The notes beneath the pieces are model-generated. The model made no database searches and was not told the origin of the DNA. It saw only the letters and a program-made list of their open reading frames with translations. 64,000 nt of DNA from Lama glama. Its lineage: Eukaryota. This document shows, piece after piece, positions 37,031 to 48,880 of the stretch; within the stretch, counting starts at the first letter, position 1, and the number at the start of each line of letters is the position of its first letter. The stretch covers positions 15,810,001 to 15,874,000 of the forward strand of contig CM052827.1 of NCBI GenBank assembly GCA_028534125.1. The letters are read 5' to 3'. The position numbers were made by a program, and so were the translations under genes.

Positions 37031-38599
37031 GACCAGCAAAATCTAGGCAACGGTGGGCAATTTCGAGGCTCCGGTCTGGCTGGCTGAACACCCACTGAGG
37101 CTGACAGTTCAGACTTCCCCTCCCATCGTCTGTCACTTCCATCAACAGATTGCTTCATCTTTGATCCTTCAGCAGGTCTGGCATCAGGGAACAGCCTTGG
37201 TTCAAAAGAACCATCCCGGGAGGCAGCTCAGAGACCAGGAATTTGCAGATCTATGGCTGGAGGAGTGTGTAGAAAGGACAAAGGAGGAGGAAGGACCAGC
37301 TGGGAATTATGACTGATAAACTGCTCTTCCTCTGGGGTGAAGTCCCACCCAATGGATGATAGAAGAGAAATTTCTCTTCGGCTTGTTTTCCCTTTTCCAC
37401 TTTATGAGGTTCTTGGTCCCTAGATGAGCCTAACATGACTGTCACTTTACCTCTGGGTACCTCTTCAATCCCAGGACCTGCCTTCAGGTCACAGCACCAC
37501 AGGGGCTGGTGGCCACGCTACAGCCATCACCAATGTCTTTTCAGGATGCTGCCCTGGTGGTCCAGCCTGCTGGAGGAGGCCCACCCCTAACCAGTGCTGC
37601 CCTAATTTATTCCACACATCCTTCAGCTCATCTTGCTATTTTTGAAAACCAAAGAAGGAGATCAGGGGCGTTAAGGAATCTGCACAGAGCTGGGCAAACC
37701 CAGCTGTATTTGGGATTTTTTGCCTGCTTAAGAAATATTTTTCATTGTTTTGAGTTTGATGAGAATGTGTTTTCCCAATTTTTAAACCAAAATTGGATCC
37801 ATATGTTTTCTGATTCATGTCTGCTTCGTTCATCTTCCTGCTTTAACAGAACATTTGATGTCCAAGAAACCTCTTTAGGCGTGCCCTTTCCTGCAGATTG
37901 AAGGGAAAAGGTGAGGAGTTGAAGAAATGCTTGTGACCATGAAATCCTGGGGTCCATTTGGAACTGTAATCATAAGTTGAAATGGTCATCTTAGGTTTTC
38001 CCAGAAAATAACGGTTTTCAGAGCAAAAATTCTCTGAGTCCTTTTTTGGTTTGGGGAAGCTTTAATATACATTTTCCTCCCACCCTGAGCATCCCTAAAA
38101 TCTGAGGTCAAACCTGTGGGGCTTGAAGGTAGTCGCTGTGTTTTCTGGGTGAACTGGAGTGGAGGGAACGGAAGGTCTGGTCATTTCTGCGCAGTGGCCA
38201 TGGCAGAGTGGACTTCCCCAGTTAATACTGCACATTGGTTTTCCTCTCCCCCAGACCTCTGTAATACCTGGGTGAGTCTATTGTTCCGAGTCCTGAGAGG
38301 GGCCCAGAACACCACTGGGGACCAGAAGAGTGGAACCCCGCCCCCACCTGAATGCCTCCAGGCCCAGGGACACCTTGAGGTGGGAAAAATGCCACCTCCA
38401 CCATCAGGCCCGCCAGAAACCTGCCAGGTGACCCTACACATGACAGGAGCCTTTGCAAATTTCTTCCTTAATTACACTCCCCTCACAGCTTTGTTGCGGG
38501 TAAAGAAACACCGTTCTTAAAAATTTAAAAACCGCAGAGTGGACTTCAAACATTGTCCCGAGTATCCCTGAACTTCTGTTTTTGCTTTGTTTTTCGTCT

Positions 38600-38700
38600 T
38601 TATCTCCCAAGAACCTCAATTTCTTTATCTGTAAAGTCTGAATAATAAGACTTAGCTCAGTATCATCGAGAGGATTGATTTTTAGTTAAATGTTCTTCTT
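38600..38700 (+). mobile_element. MIR fragment
   Basis: cctcaatttctttatctgtaaa..gaataataa. Confidence 0.6.
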
Positions 38701-38813
38701 AAGCTCTAAGATGCTTCTGGCACTTGTATCGTAGGCATCTCAGGCCTCCTAGCCTGCTGTGGATGACCCATGACTGGAGAAATGGACTGGTTCCCACCCC
38801 CACCACCCGCAAT

Positions 38814-38839
38814 ACACACACACACACACAGACACACAC
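38814..38839. repeat. Interrupted (CA)n microsatellite
   Basis: Directly visible. Confidence 0.85.
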
Positions 38840-39459
38840 TCAGGCAGCAAAGAGAATATGAGCTTTCCAGGATCTTGAAGTGACAGCAAGGTTTCCAAGC
38901 AGGAGGAGTCAGTTCCAGGATTTCCCTCAGCATCCTCTCTTCCCCTCTCCATGGGCGGCAGTCTCTCCATTTGGTTGTTTGAATTTGGTAGTGGTCCAAG
39001 CAGAGACGCTTAATTCTCAAGACTGTCTGATCTTCCCCATTGGTGTGATATCTAAGTGCCTTGTTGATATTCACTTCATAGCCTCTAGGACAGAAGAATT
39101 TGGTTCAAAGGGGCAAAGGACCTTATGGTTTGGCGTAACCTCTGCTGGTTTCCAACTGTCAACAGCCACGAAACCAGCTCAAGGATTCAAGGTGCAGAAA
39201 AGTCCTTGAGAAGAAGCGAACCAGCNNNNNNNNNNNNNNNNNNNNNNNNNNNNNNNNNNNNNNNNNNNNNNNNNNNNNNNNNNNNNNNNNNNNNNNNNNN
39301 NNNNNNNNNNNNNNNNNNNNNNNNNNNNNNNNNNNNNNNNNNNNNNNNNNNNNNNNNNNNNNNNNNNNNNNNNNNNNNNNNNNNNNNNNNNNNNNNNNNN
39401 NNNNNNNNNNNNNNNNNNNNNNNNNNNNNNNNNNNNNNNNNNNNNNNNNNNNNNNNNNT

Positions 39460-40270
39460 CTCAAGAAATAGAGGCAGCCTTGAAAAAGATGAAAACTGCT
39501 GCACAAGGTCTCGGTTTTGCTGAAATTACCACATAAATTCCAAATGAAGGATGGCCAAGAATATTCCAGCAATTACAAATTCTCTTCTAAAGGCATAGGG
39601 AAGCTACCAGGTTAGAGGGAGTGAGGGCGTGAGCCATCATCAGTGTCTCCAACGGAAAAATAAAATTAATACATTGCAGCAAGATAGACTCAGCACCCGG
39701 GGAGACACTTGATAGAAAAATTTTTGAGTTTTCTATAATTTCTTTAGCAAAATAATAGTGCTAGGTTGGGGATTTGACAACAAACAGTTCTGATATCTTG
39801 CACTTTTGATACATCTGTCATTGCAGGAATCTTAACCACTGGCAATAGGGTTAATTGCATTAAGCTATTTTTTCCTCACACAAATTATCCTTGGTGATCT
39901 GCGGTGGCTCTGGTCCTCCCACTGTTAGCCACATGCCTTGGCTGAGTTCTGGCTGGAAGAATGGGATGGGGACAGAGTTTAAAATAATCTTATGTACCTG
40001 GATCTATGCCTCTGATGGCTGCATCTCCATTGCGAAAAACAGCTAAAAAGGGTTAGTAACTTTTGATTATATGCATCAGTAATGCAGATTAATATGATTA
40101 AATAGAAGGCGAATTTGGTCAATTGTATGTAATTTGTTAAGGTGCCCCCCAGCCCAAATTGCGTTGTTTGCTCCCACGCAGGGAGACCTAATAACAGTAC
40201 ACATGGGTGCCTGCAGCAGCATTTCAGCAAAGGTTGGCCAAGTGTCCATCATGGACATAAGCTTTCAGCC
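39460..40270. promoter_or_regulatory. Candidate conserved non-coding element(s)
   Basis: Repeat-free AT-rich island in GC-rich surroundings; dense TAAT/ATTA words (gtaatgcagattaatatgattaaat, gttaattgcattaag). Confidence 0.4.
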
Positions 40271-40688
40271 ACCACCTTTATGAGCATGTGACCCAGCTGC
40301 GACCCTTCAGGTCACCAGTGGCCCTGAGGGAATAAAAGAGGTGAATCTGTGCATGAGGTTTCCCAAAAAAGCCAGGTCCAACAGACTCACAAAAGGGAAA
40401 ACAGCCAACATGGCTCACCTCGTCCTTCTGAAAAAACAAATCCACCTTTGTTATGTACATGTACTAGATAGACATTTAATGGAAAGGGAAGGTTTGGGTT
40501 TCACTTGGGTTTCCCAGATGGTGGGAATGGAAAGACCCCATCGGATCAACCACATCGGCTACCTTGAGCCATAGGCCATGCGCTCTTCTTCCCAATCCCA
40601 TTGCCCAGCATTGCTGGAGGCAATCATGCACCTGGGAGGTGAAAGAAGATGGTGCTTCACGTGGTAATGGTAATTCGGCTGTCTGAGA

Positions 40689-40734
40689 CCAGGGACCCTT
40701 GAACTTGGACGCTCCAGGGACCCTTGAACTTGGA
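40689..40734. repeat. Perfect 21-bp direct repeat CCAGGGACCCTTGAACTTGGA x2 with 4-bp spacer
   Basis: Copies at 40689-40709 and 40714-40734. Confidence 0.95.
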
Positions 40735-41527
40735 GATAGTTGTGGTAGGGGGAGACAAGAAGGTGCCTGGAAACTCCTTCTATTACCTGCTCTTAGGAGG
40801 AGAGGCTGAGAGGCACTGAGGTCCTCAGGGAGGCCAAAGGGCCCAGCGCCCTCTGCATGTGCCCCTCTCCAAGGTACTGGGGCCAGACCCAGGTCCTATC
40901 AGTCGGCCATCAGCAGCACCAGGAACACATGCTGGATGTGGACTGAGCTGGCAACCATCAGCTGTTCCTCAGCAGAGCTACGCAAGAGGTTGTTCTCCAT
41001 AAGACCCTTCAATTACCCACACAACTCTCATTAAATCGTGGTGTGATTTTCCCATGAGATGTCTTTGTCTTCCACAAACTGTACTCCCCAAAAGACAGGG
41101 ACTGCATCTGCCATGTTCTCTGCTGGACCTCGAACCTAGCATAGTTCCTGGGGCACAAAAAAGGCATGGAAAGAAAATATAATACAACCCTTTCATTCAT
41201 AAGGAAGCTGGTAATTCCAGAGAAGTAAATGACATTTCCAGAGGGCAGAGAAAGTCCTGGGCAGACGGGGCATCCAACTGTGATGCACAGTACAACTGCT
41301 GTAAGTGACCGTAGATGCAGGGACATGATGTCAAGATGTGGAACAGACAAGCAAGACATGAATGAGTGAGTGAGTGGATAAATGAATGAACAGGCAATTT
41401 TTGAGCGTAGTCAAGTCCTATAAACCAAAGTGTAGAATAACTGGGGGTTGGGAGCAATATTACAGAAGTCCTCTGAGCAGGTACAATTTGTGCTGAGAGC
41501 TGATTGCTGGAATAGAAAGAAGTCTGC

Positions 41528-41665
41528 ACGGGATAAATCTAGGGTTCATGAATATTGAGTCTTTTCCAATTTGGGGGACCCTCTGTAAGAAAAATATTCA
41601 TGTGAAAGTGACTATGAATTGAGAATGAGAAAAGAAATCACAGCACATTACTGGGAACTTGGAGA
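41528..41665 (+). mobile_element. hAT-Tip100 DNA transposon fragment (MER115/Zaphod-like)
   Basis: caatttgggggaccctctgtaagaaaaat..gaaagtga..agaatgagaaaagaaatcacagcacattac. Confidence 0.6.
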
Positions 41666-42029
41666 TTTGAGCCCTTCTGAGAGATTTTTAGGTGCTCCCT
41701 GAAATGCCTCCTGATTGCTAGCTGGCTTCCCCTCTCACCCCAACCTCCACCTCTCCTGGCACTCACGAGTGAGGGGTCCCCTAAGCTTAAAGGTGCACGA
41801 GTTGCCAGTAACTTCCCCTCTAGATGCCCCAAGCAACAGTCTGCAGGGAAGGCATGCCAGGCAGTGGGACACACGTGTACAGAAGGTAAGCGTCAGGAAG
41901 GAGGTGAAACAGTGGTTGGGGTCAAACTTTGGGAATCACAGGGCAGGTGAGGCTGGCTGTGCCTCAGGCATGAAACACCAAAGATGCAGGTGCCCAGCAG
42001 CCCCCAATGGGAGTGCAGGTAGATCCGGG

Positions 42030-42400
42030 AGCACCTGTCGCCACCTGACTCACGACTCACGCAGAGCCAGAGCGGGGAAGTGAGTCAGGCTGTGCAATCT
42101 GTGGTCCCTCGCACAAAACACGCTGCCGCTCACACACCGGCCCTTAATTCGATTCCTCCTCCTATTTTCCTCACGAATGTATGTTTTGTGTGGAGTTATC
42201 CGTCACCCAGGCGCTGTCAATGAGATGTGTCATTCCTCTGTGTGTGTGTTCTGATCAAGTGGCCTTAATGCATATGCAAATCTGTCTTCTCGAGAAGGAA
42301 GTGTGTGGAAACACTCACATTTGGCTGGAAGTCTTATACTGTGAAAATACCGAAGAAGCATATGCGTTAATTTTACCTTAAATTACAGACAGAAGCCACC
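42030..42400. promoter_or_regulatory. Candidate enhancer: AP-1 pair, ETS, RUNX and POU octamer/MORE sites
   Basis: TGACTCA 42046, GGAAG-TGAGTCA 42076-42087, TGTGGT 42100, ATGCATATGCAAAT 42268-42281. Confidence 0.5.
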
Positions 42401-42519
42401 CACCCTGTCCTTGTCACACAGAACAGATCAGATGTGCAGCATCAAATTTTCCATGAGATCAGCTTCAAGTTAGATGGAGGAAAGTGAGCTGGGTCCAGGG
42501 GAGCCAGACGGGGGTCTCA

Positions 42520-42667
42520 ACATCCTCCGTCTCTCCCTCCTCCCCTCCTCCCTCCCCACCCTCTTCCTTCCTTCCTTCCCTCCACCTCTCCTTCCTTCCT
42601 TCCTTCTACCCCTCCTCCTCCTCCTTATTTGTCATCTTCTCCTCCTTCTTTGTCATTTTCTTCTCCC
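42520..42667. repeat. Polypyrimidine low-complexity tract (CCT/TTCC)
   Basis: Directly visible. Confidence 0.9.
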
Positions 42668-42694
42668 AGGTAACTTTTTTTAAGAGTCACATCC

Positions 42695-42793
42695 ATGGAG
42701 AGGGTAGAGCGCATGCTTAGCATGCACAAGGTCCTGGGTTCAATCCCTGGTACCTCCATTAAAAAAAATTAATTAACCTCCCCTCCCCCAAAA
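42695..42793 (+). mobile_element. Camelid tRNA-Ala-derived SINE (Vic-1-type) with A-box deletion
   Basis: ggtagagcgcatgcttagcatgcacaaggtcctgggttcaatccctggtacctccattaaaa; 13-bp TSD aagagtcacatcc/aagaatcacatcc at a TT/AAGA L1 endonuclease site. Confidence 0.9.
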
Positions 42794-43319
42794 AAGAATC
42801 ACATCCTAGAAACCTATACTCCTCTTCTCTGGGCTTTGTAGTGTTCTGTTTGTTTTTTTTTTTTTTCCAAACAAGAAGAATATTAGAGCAAGACTAGAAC
42901 CAGCCTCATACACAGTCATATATCAGGTAAAAACCATCACATATCAGGTAGAAACAATAAAAACAGTGATAGTGTATCAGTCATTTCAAAGGCCAGGTCT
43001 GGAAACTACATGTTCCTACCTGGCTTCAGGCTTCTCTGCCTCTTTAAGGTCCTCCTAGGATCTTGTCTTGGGAGATGAAATAGTGACTAACACAGAGCCC
43101 AAGCATGTGGGGTGGGGGAAGAGCCACGTGGGGTAGAGAACTGAGGAGCTTCCTGGGAAAGGGGAGTTTAAACCTAAACCCTCAAGGATCCACAGACAGA
43201 AAAGAGAGCGAGAGAGGCCCCTCCCACCTCAGAAGGCTCGTCTTTGTATCTGCCCAGGAGTCGCCCTTTCCTAAGACACATCCCAGAAGAAAAAAGTTAC
43301 CCAAGACCCCCAGCTTAAT

Positions 43320-43495
43320 GTATTTTAATTAATCCTCAGTATAACCCTGTGAAGTAGATACTCCATAATATTGCTGGGAAAACGAATGCTGAGAGAAGTG
43401 AAGTGATTTGCCCAAGGGCCCCCAGCTTCTCCGTGATGGGCAGGGATTTGAATCCCAGGAATCTAGTTCTAGACTTCTTGCCTATCACCACTCAG
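43320..43495 (-). mobile_element. MIR
   Basis: ttaatcctcagtataaccctgtgaagtag..gctgagagaagtgaagtgatttgcccaagg..gggatttgaatcccagg. Confidence 0.8.
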
Positions 43496-43504
43496 GGCCC
43501 ACAG

Positions 43505-43800
43505 ATCAAGGAGCAGAGGGAAGATGTGGCAATTTCCAGGGACTACAGAAGTTTCTGCATGGCTGGAGCCTGAAGAGAAGGCATGAGTGAGTAGAGGTGA
43601 GGCTGGGGAGCCAGCCAGGGCTGGAGACGGGAGCCGTGCCACGAGCTTGAACTTGAGCCTGGGGCAATGAGGAGGCAAGGACTTCACCCAGGGCGCTGCG
43701 TGGCCGGTTATATTAGGAGGATTGTTCTGGCTGTGAGATGAGTGTCAGATGCAGGGTCAGGTCGGAGCCCGGGCAGAGGGCTGGAGAGGAGGGAAGAGAC
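43505..43800 (-). mobile_element. L2 fragment
   Basis: gcatggctggagc..gaggtgaggctgg..aggattgttctggctg. Confidence 0.5.
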
Positions 43801-44229
43801 TGAGCGCTCCACAATACATAAATCAGGGCCATGTGTTTTAATAACGTAGGGTTATTATTATCCACAGCTCATTTTCCGTACGGTTTACTTTGCAGACTTC
43901 CCTTTATCCGTGATTTGCTTCCTCTGAGTCCCCTGGTAAGGCTAGGAGAGTAGCATTCTGATTTCAGCTCCTTCAGTGAAGCAGCCAGCAGCCGAATTCA
44001 GGCCGCCTTCCCCAAGACTCAGGCTGAACAAAAACTTGCCAAAGCCTTCCAGAGGCTGCCACTTGAGCCCGGAGTAAACTGATCTCCACTCTCTGACCAG
44101 ACTCAGACCCCCATCATCACCCCCAGGCAATGCTGCCTTATAGCCCAAAGCTGTTACTCCCTGTAAGAGGCTTTTTGGGCAAAACTTCCAGGACCAAGCC
44201 TTCCAGAGCCTCTAAATCATGCACCAGAA

Positions 44230-44450
44230 CAACAATTTAGATGCTTTAGACATATTGACACAATTAATCCCCATCATAATCCTACAACATAAGTCTTATT
44301 CCCCCCCTCCCCCCGTTGTACGGAGAAGGAAACCGTGGCTCAGAGAGGTTAGGAAACTCACCTGAGATCACACAGCTAGTGAGTGACCAAAAGGCAGGAC
44401 TCTGCTGAGCTGCACCCCCAAAAGAAAAGAGTCTTAAGCTGTGCCATCCC
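44230..44450 (-). mobile_element. MIR
   Basis: ggaaaccgtggctcagagaggttaggaaactcacctgagatcacacagctagtgagtg. Confidence 0.85.
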
Positions 44451-45999
44451 TCTCAGACTACAGCCCATGAAACAGCCGCCGAGGAGAACCCCAGCAGGCA
44501 AGGCTTTTAAGGAACACTTTATAGAGCAATTATTTCTTCCAAATATTGGAAGATAAAAGGATCAGTGCATGCTAGGGCATCACACTGATTTGCCCATAAT
44601 AGATATCATAGGTATTAAGTGCAGTTTATTCTGAGTGTAATTAGCGGATGCTTTTCAAATGTGATGATAATTGCAACCCATTGTTTCTACAGTAATTTGC
44701 AGAAATGAGGAACTTCACCACCGCGCATCTCCTGGAAGGGAAGGGGATAGAGAGTTCCTGTTCAAGAATCAGCTGACATCTGTGGCCAAAAGATGCAACA
44801 GTCGCTCATCAACGGGTTACCAAGGGGTCCTCACACCTGCAGAAATAACCACTTGCACTAATATTCTCAGAACAAAACAGAACACGCTTCCGTCGACTTC
44901 ACTGGGACACACACCCAATGGCAAGAAAACTTGCAAAGCTGCTGTCCTTTGGGCAATGAGATGTTTATGACCTGAAAATCTCTGCAGATTGCTAGCTCTG
45001 TTCTCTCTGCCAGAATTGGGCAGTGCTTGTCTCTGAGGTGTTGAACTGGTGATGTTCGGAGGACGACGTGGCTACCACTCGTCAAGCATCAGCTAGGCTG
45101 CAGCGGATCAGACATCCCCACCTGCTTCCTCTGACGGGTGATGCCTCCTACTGGAGATCAAGGTTCAGGATGAGCAAAGTTCTCTGCAGGCGGATCACAG
45201 CTTCAGGGCATCTGGGGTCACTCTGGGACCTTCCGATGTCATGGATATTAGAACCTTTAAGCTAGTCCTACGCTACATACGTCATCCAAGCTAAAATCAT
45301 TGGTTTGCTCAAGAGCCCAGGGACCCAGCCTTGGGAAGTACCTTTCACTACTCAATCCCAAACCTACAGGTGACGGCAGAGAGGTTTTGCCCTTGTGGTG
45401 ATTTTTGTTTATTTAAAACATCTTTCTATTTACCTCTCCTAGCTTTTTACCTCCAATCATCCTCTTGAGTAATTACATTTCTTAAGGCAGAGCTGTCTTC
45501 TGACATCTATCAAAACAAAGAGGGAGAAGGCTGCTAATAGAAATCCTTTTGTCAAAACCGATCTCTACAGGGACAGGGAGGCTCCCGCGCGTGACTTCGT
45601 CTGTCGGAGATGGAGACGGTCCTGGGGTGTCATGAACGTTCCATCAACGGGCAGGCCCAGCTCAGCAACCTCTAAGCCAAAGGTGAGATTTATGTCAGAA
45701 TGAACAGACTGCGGCCTATGAAGTCCAGGTCAGATTAGGTGAGGCCATTCGACAATGTTCTGCCTTTCAGGAGCATCGCATAAGTCCTTGCTGTTCTGGG
45801 CTCTGAAAAATCCCCACCAGCAGAGGCTGCCGGGACACCACCCAAGGCTGGCCCTCCCGGGCTCCTGCCAGGACTTGTACGCTGCGCTCGCAGGCAGCTC
45901 TTGCTGGGGAAAGGCTTAACTGCTCCTTCTCTTTCTTCTGCAGGGCCCTGGAAACTGAGCCTCCATAAATTCACACATGCGCCTTGACTGGCTCCCCAC

Positions 46000-48420
46000 C
46001 CCCCGCCCTGGCAACACTGGGCAAATTTCAAAAGACACTAAATTTGATAACTAACACTTATTACTCATTGCCCTCTCCACAATATTCTTGGAAGGGGTTA
46101 GAAACNNNNNNNNNNNNNNNNNNNNNNNNNNNNNNNNNNNNNNNNNNNNNNNNNNNNNNNNNNNNNNNNNNNNNNNNNNNNNNNNNNNNNNNNNNNNNNN
46201 NNNNNNNNNNNNNNNNNNNNNNNNNNNNNNNNNNNNNNNNNNNNNNNNNNNNNNNNNNNNNNNNNNNNNNNNNNNNNNNNNNNNNTGAGAGCCACTAACC
46301 CAAAATCTGGAATTATCATACACAAAAACAAAGGCGGTGTGTACACCTACCATCATACATTATTGAAATGCACTGTGTCATTAGGGAAAATAATCAGGAT
46401 GCTAGTGTAAAACCAGCCACTGATAAATGCAGACACAAAACTTTTATGAAAGTTTGTAAATACAGTATTGTATGGAAATTCTGATGCATATTGGCTTTCC
46501 TGAGNNNNNNNNNNNNNNNNNNNNNNNNNNNNNNNNNNNNNNNNNNNNNNNNNNNNNNNNNNNNNNNNNNNNNNNNNNNNNNNNNNNNNNNNNNNNNNNN
46601 NNNNNNNNNNNNNNNNNNNNNNNNNNNNNNNNNNNNNNNNNNNNNNNNNNNNNNNNNNNNNNNNNNNNNNNNNNNNNNNNNNNNCACACAGCAGCTTAAT
46701 GGAATTTACTTTTTCTTAAATATTTATACTGTATATGTGTTTGCTAGTCAAGTGATTATAGAACTCTAAGGTGGAGGGCAAGGCTAGTCATGTTATTAAG
46801 AAGACAAGCCACCCATGCATTTTACTTTTTCAGTCCGTATGCCATTAACCTGGATGAGGAGAGAAATAAGTAATTCAGAACCTTGGGGCGGGGGGCTTGG
46901 GGTGGCCGGCAATGAGAAAGATCTGCTTCTAGAATCAAACAGCCAGAAAGTTTCTTTGATTGAACCTAAGTTTACAGACAACTTCCCAGAAGAAATTAAG
47001 TTGAACTAATTAGAGCAAAATGAGGGGGAGAGAAAGGCATTGGCTTTCGAAGGGAAATGGCATTGTGTGGAAAATCTCTCCCTCTGTCCTCCCAATGGGG
47101 CGGTGGGTGAGCTGTTTCGCAAGGACCCAGTGTGCAGCCGCCCCCCCCGCCCCGCTCCTCCAGCCCTGCAANNNNNNNNNNNNNNNNNNNNNNNNNNNNN
47201 NNNNNNNNNNNNNNNNNNNNNNNNNNNNNNNNNNNNNNNNNNNNNNNNNNNNNNNNNNNNNNNNNNNNNNNNNNNNNNNNNNNNNNNNNNNNNNNNNNNN
47301 NNNAGCGCTATTCCCTTTACCTTTGGGATAAGGTAGAAACCGAGTTAGAGGCTCATTAGAGGGCTGATCGCTACAATGCGGTGTTTTTTGTTGTTGGTGG
47401 TGGTGGTGGTGGTGTCGGGAACTGAGGGTAGCTAACTGGAGGTATGGGCCGGGTGACTCTCTGCTCTCAATCAAAAAGTATTTTTATTTTGTGTATTTGG
47501 ATGAAATATAGACCAAGATTTACCACTTCTATACTTAGAAAGGTCTTAAAATCCTCCCATTAGTGGAAAGATATGAAAATGGGCCCAATAAATTTTCTAA
47601 TCTGCGCATATGCCAGGGAGAGGTGGTGTGTTGGTTCTCTGCTCCTTCAGCCGGTGCAGGCCCAGTTTATAAGACGCTGGTTCCCGTCCGGATGATGGTA
47701 TTAACCAAGGAGCGGTTATACTGACAGTAAGTAAAACTGGCTGTCCCGAAGGGCTTTCTGACGGGGATTTAAACAGAGTGACAGCGAAAGCCGCACAATG
47801 GAATTAGTGAGGGCGCAGAAGCCCGCGGTGTTTCCTGTCCACCCGGAGAGCTGCTGGACCAGAGGCACCCGGTAGGATTACCCGGCGAGATTTAATTCAG
47901 ACCCTGCTCTGGCAAACCACATCGAAACGGTGACCGTCTCCTGCCCCATGGTCTGCAGCAAGGAAAGGGGAGCCGGGAAAACGGCGTGGCTGTCTGCAAG
48001 GCATGCCTGGGTTCAGGCTGTGTCTCTCCCACTGAGACCCGGGGTCAGGCCTGAGGGCAGCTGGACCTTGGATCTGGCTCGCGGTCCCCCTCCCTGCTCC
48101 CTCCTGCCGCCGCAGAGGAGGACCACAGGGAAGGGCCCCTGCTGGGGAGATAGCCTCATGGTAAATAAAAGTTGATGGTTTGAAATTCTCTTCAACGGAG
48201 CTATATGAGCAAGAGGGAACTCAGCTATGCTAAATGAAATCTGTTCATTAAAAACGGATTCTCCAGAGAAAAGAGTGTTCCCCAGATTCCAGTTGGCACA
48301 GGCCCGTGCCAAGAGTGTGCTTTCTGTGTTGTGATGGGGTTCACGTCAGCTGAGCGTGGGTCACGGCTGCGTGGCCCCCCCCAGGGCTCCCTGTCACGCG
48401 TTAAACTGACCCCACGCTCC
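46000..48420. promoter_or_regulatory. Candidate regulatory hub: AT-rich CNE-like block followed by CpG-enriched unique sequence (three N blocks inside)
   Basis: No recognisable repeats over ~2.4 kb; AACAAAG 46327, GTAAATA 46456, many TAAT words; visibly retained CpGs 47090-48420. Confidence 0.45.
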
Positions 48421-48569
48421 TTGCCTGCTCTGTGATCTGGACCCTGCCTGCTTCTGTTGTTCCCCTGGGGCCTCTGTGCCCAGCACACAGGCCAAGGCCA
48501 CGCCAAGACCCACCCCTGGCACCTGTCTGTACTGTTCCTCTGCCCGGAATGCCCTCCCATGTGTATGGG

Positions 48570-48880
48570 CACGGTGGCTCCCTCATCACCCAGTTGCCCC
48601 CTTTTAAGGGTCAGTCACCTCCTCCGAGAGCCTTTGTGAGACTACATCTAATGCTGACACCTTACCTATACCCCCACATCCGGTCCCTAACACAGTTTCA
48701 TTTCATCCATGACCCCTTCTCCCTACCTAAAATTATCTTCATTTGCTTATTTCTGGATGGCCTGTCTCCCCCACTGAGTCATATAATCCAAGAGAGCAGG
48801 GACCTTGTCTCATCTGCTGCATCCCTAGCCTGTAGATTCCTGAAGGTACACAGTGGGTGCTCAATTCATCCTTGTTGAGA
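48570..48880 (+). mobile_element. L2 3' fragment
   Basis: gtcacctcctccgagagccttt..gtctcccccact..gagcagggaccttgtct..gtgggtgctcaattcatccttgttga. Confidence 0.8.

Noticed and set aside
40689-40734. Direct repeats as a CRISPR-like array
   Set aside because: Only two copies with a 4-bp spacer, in mammalian DNA
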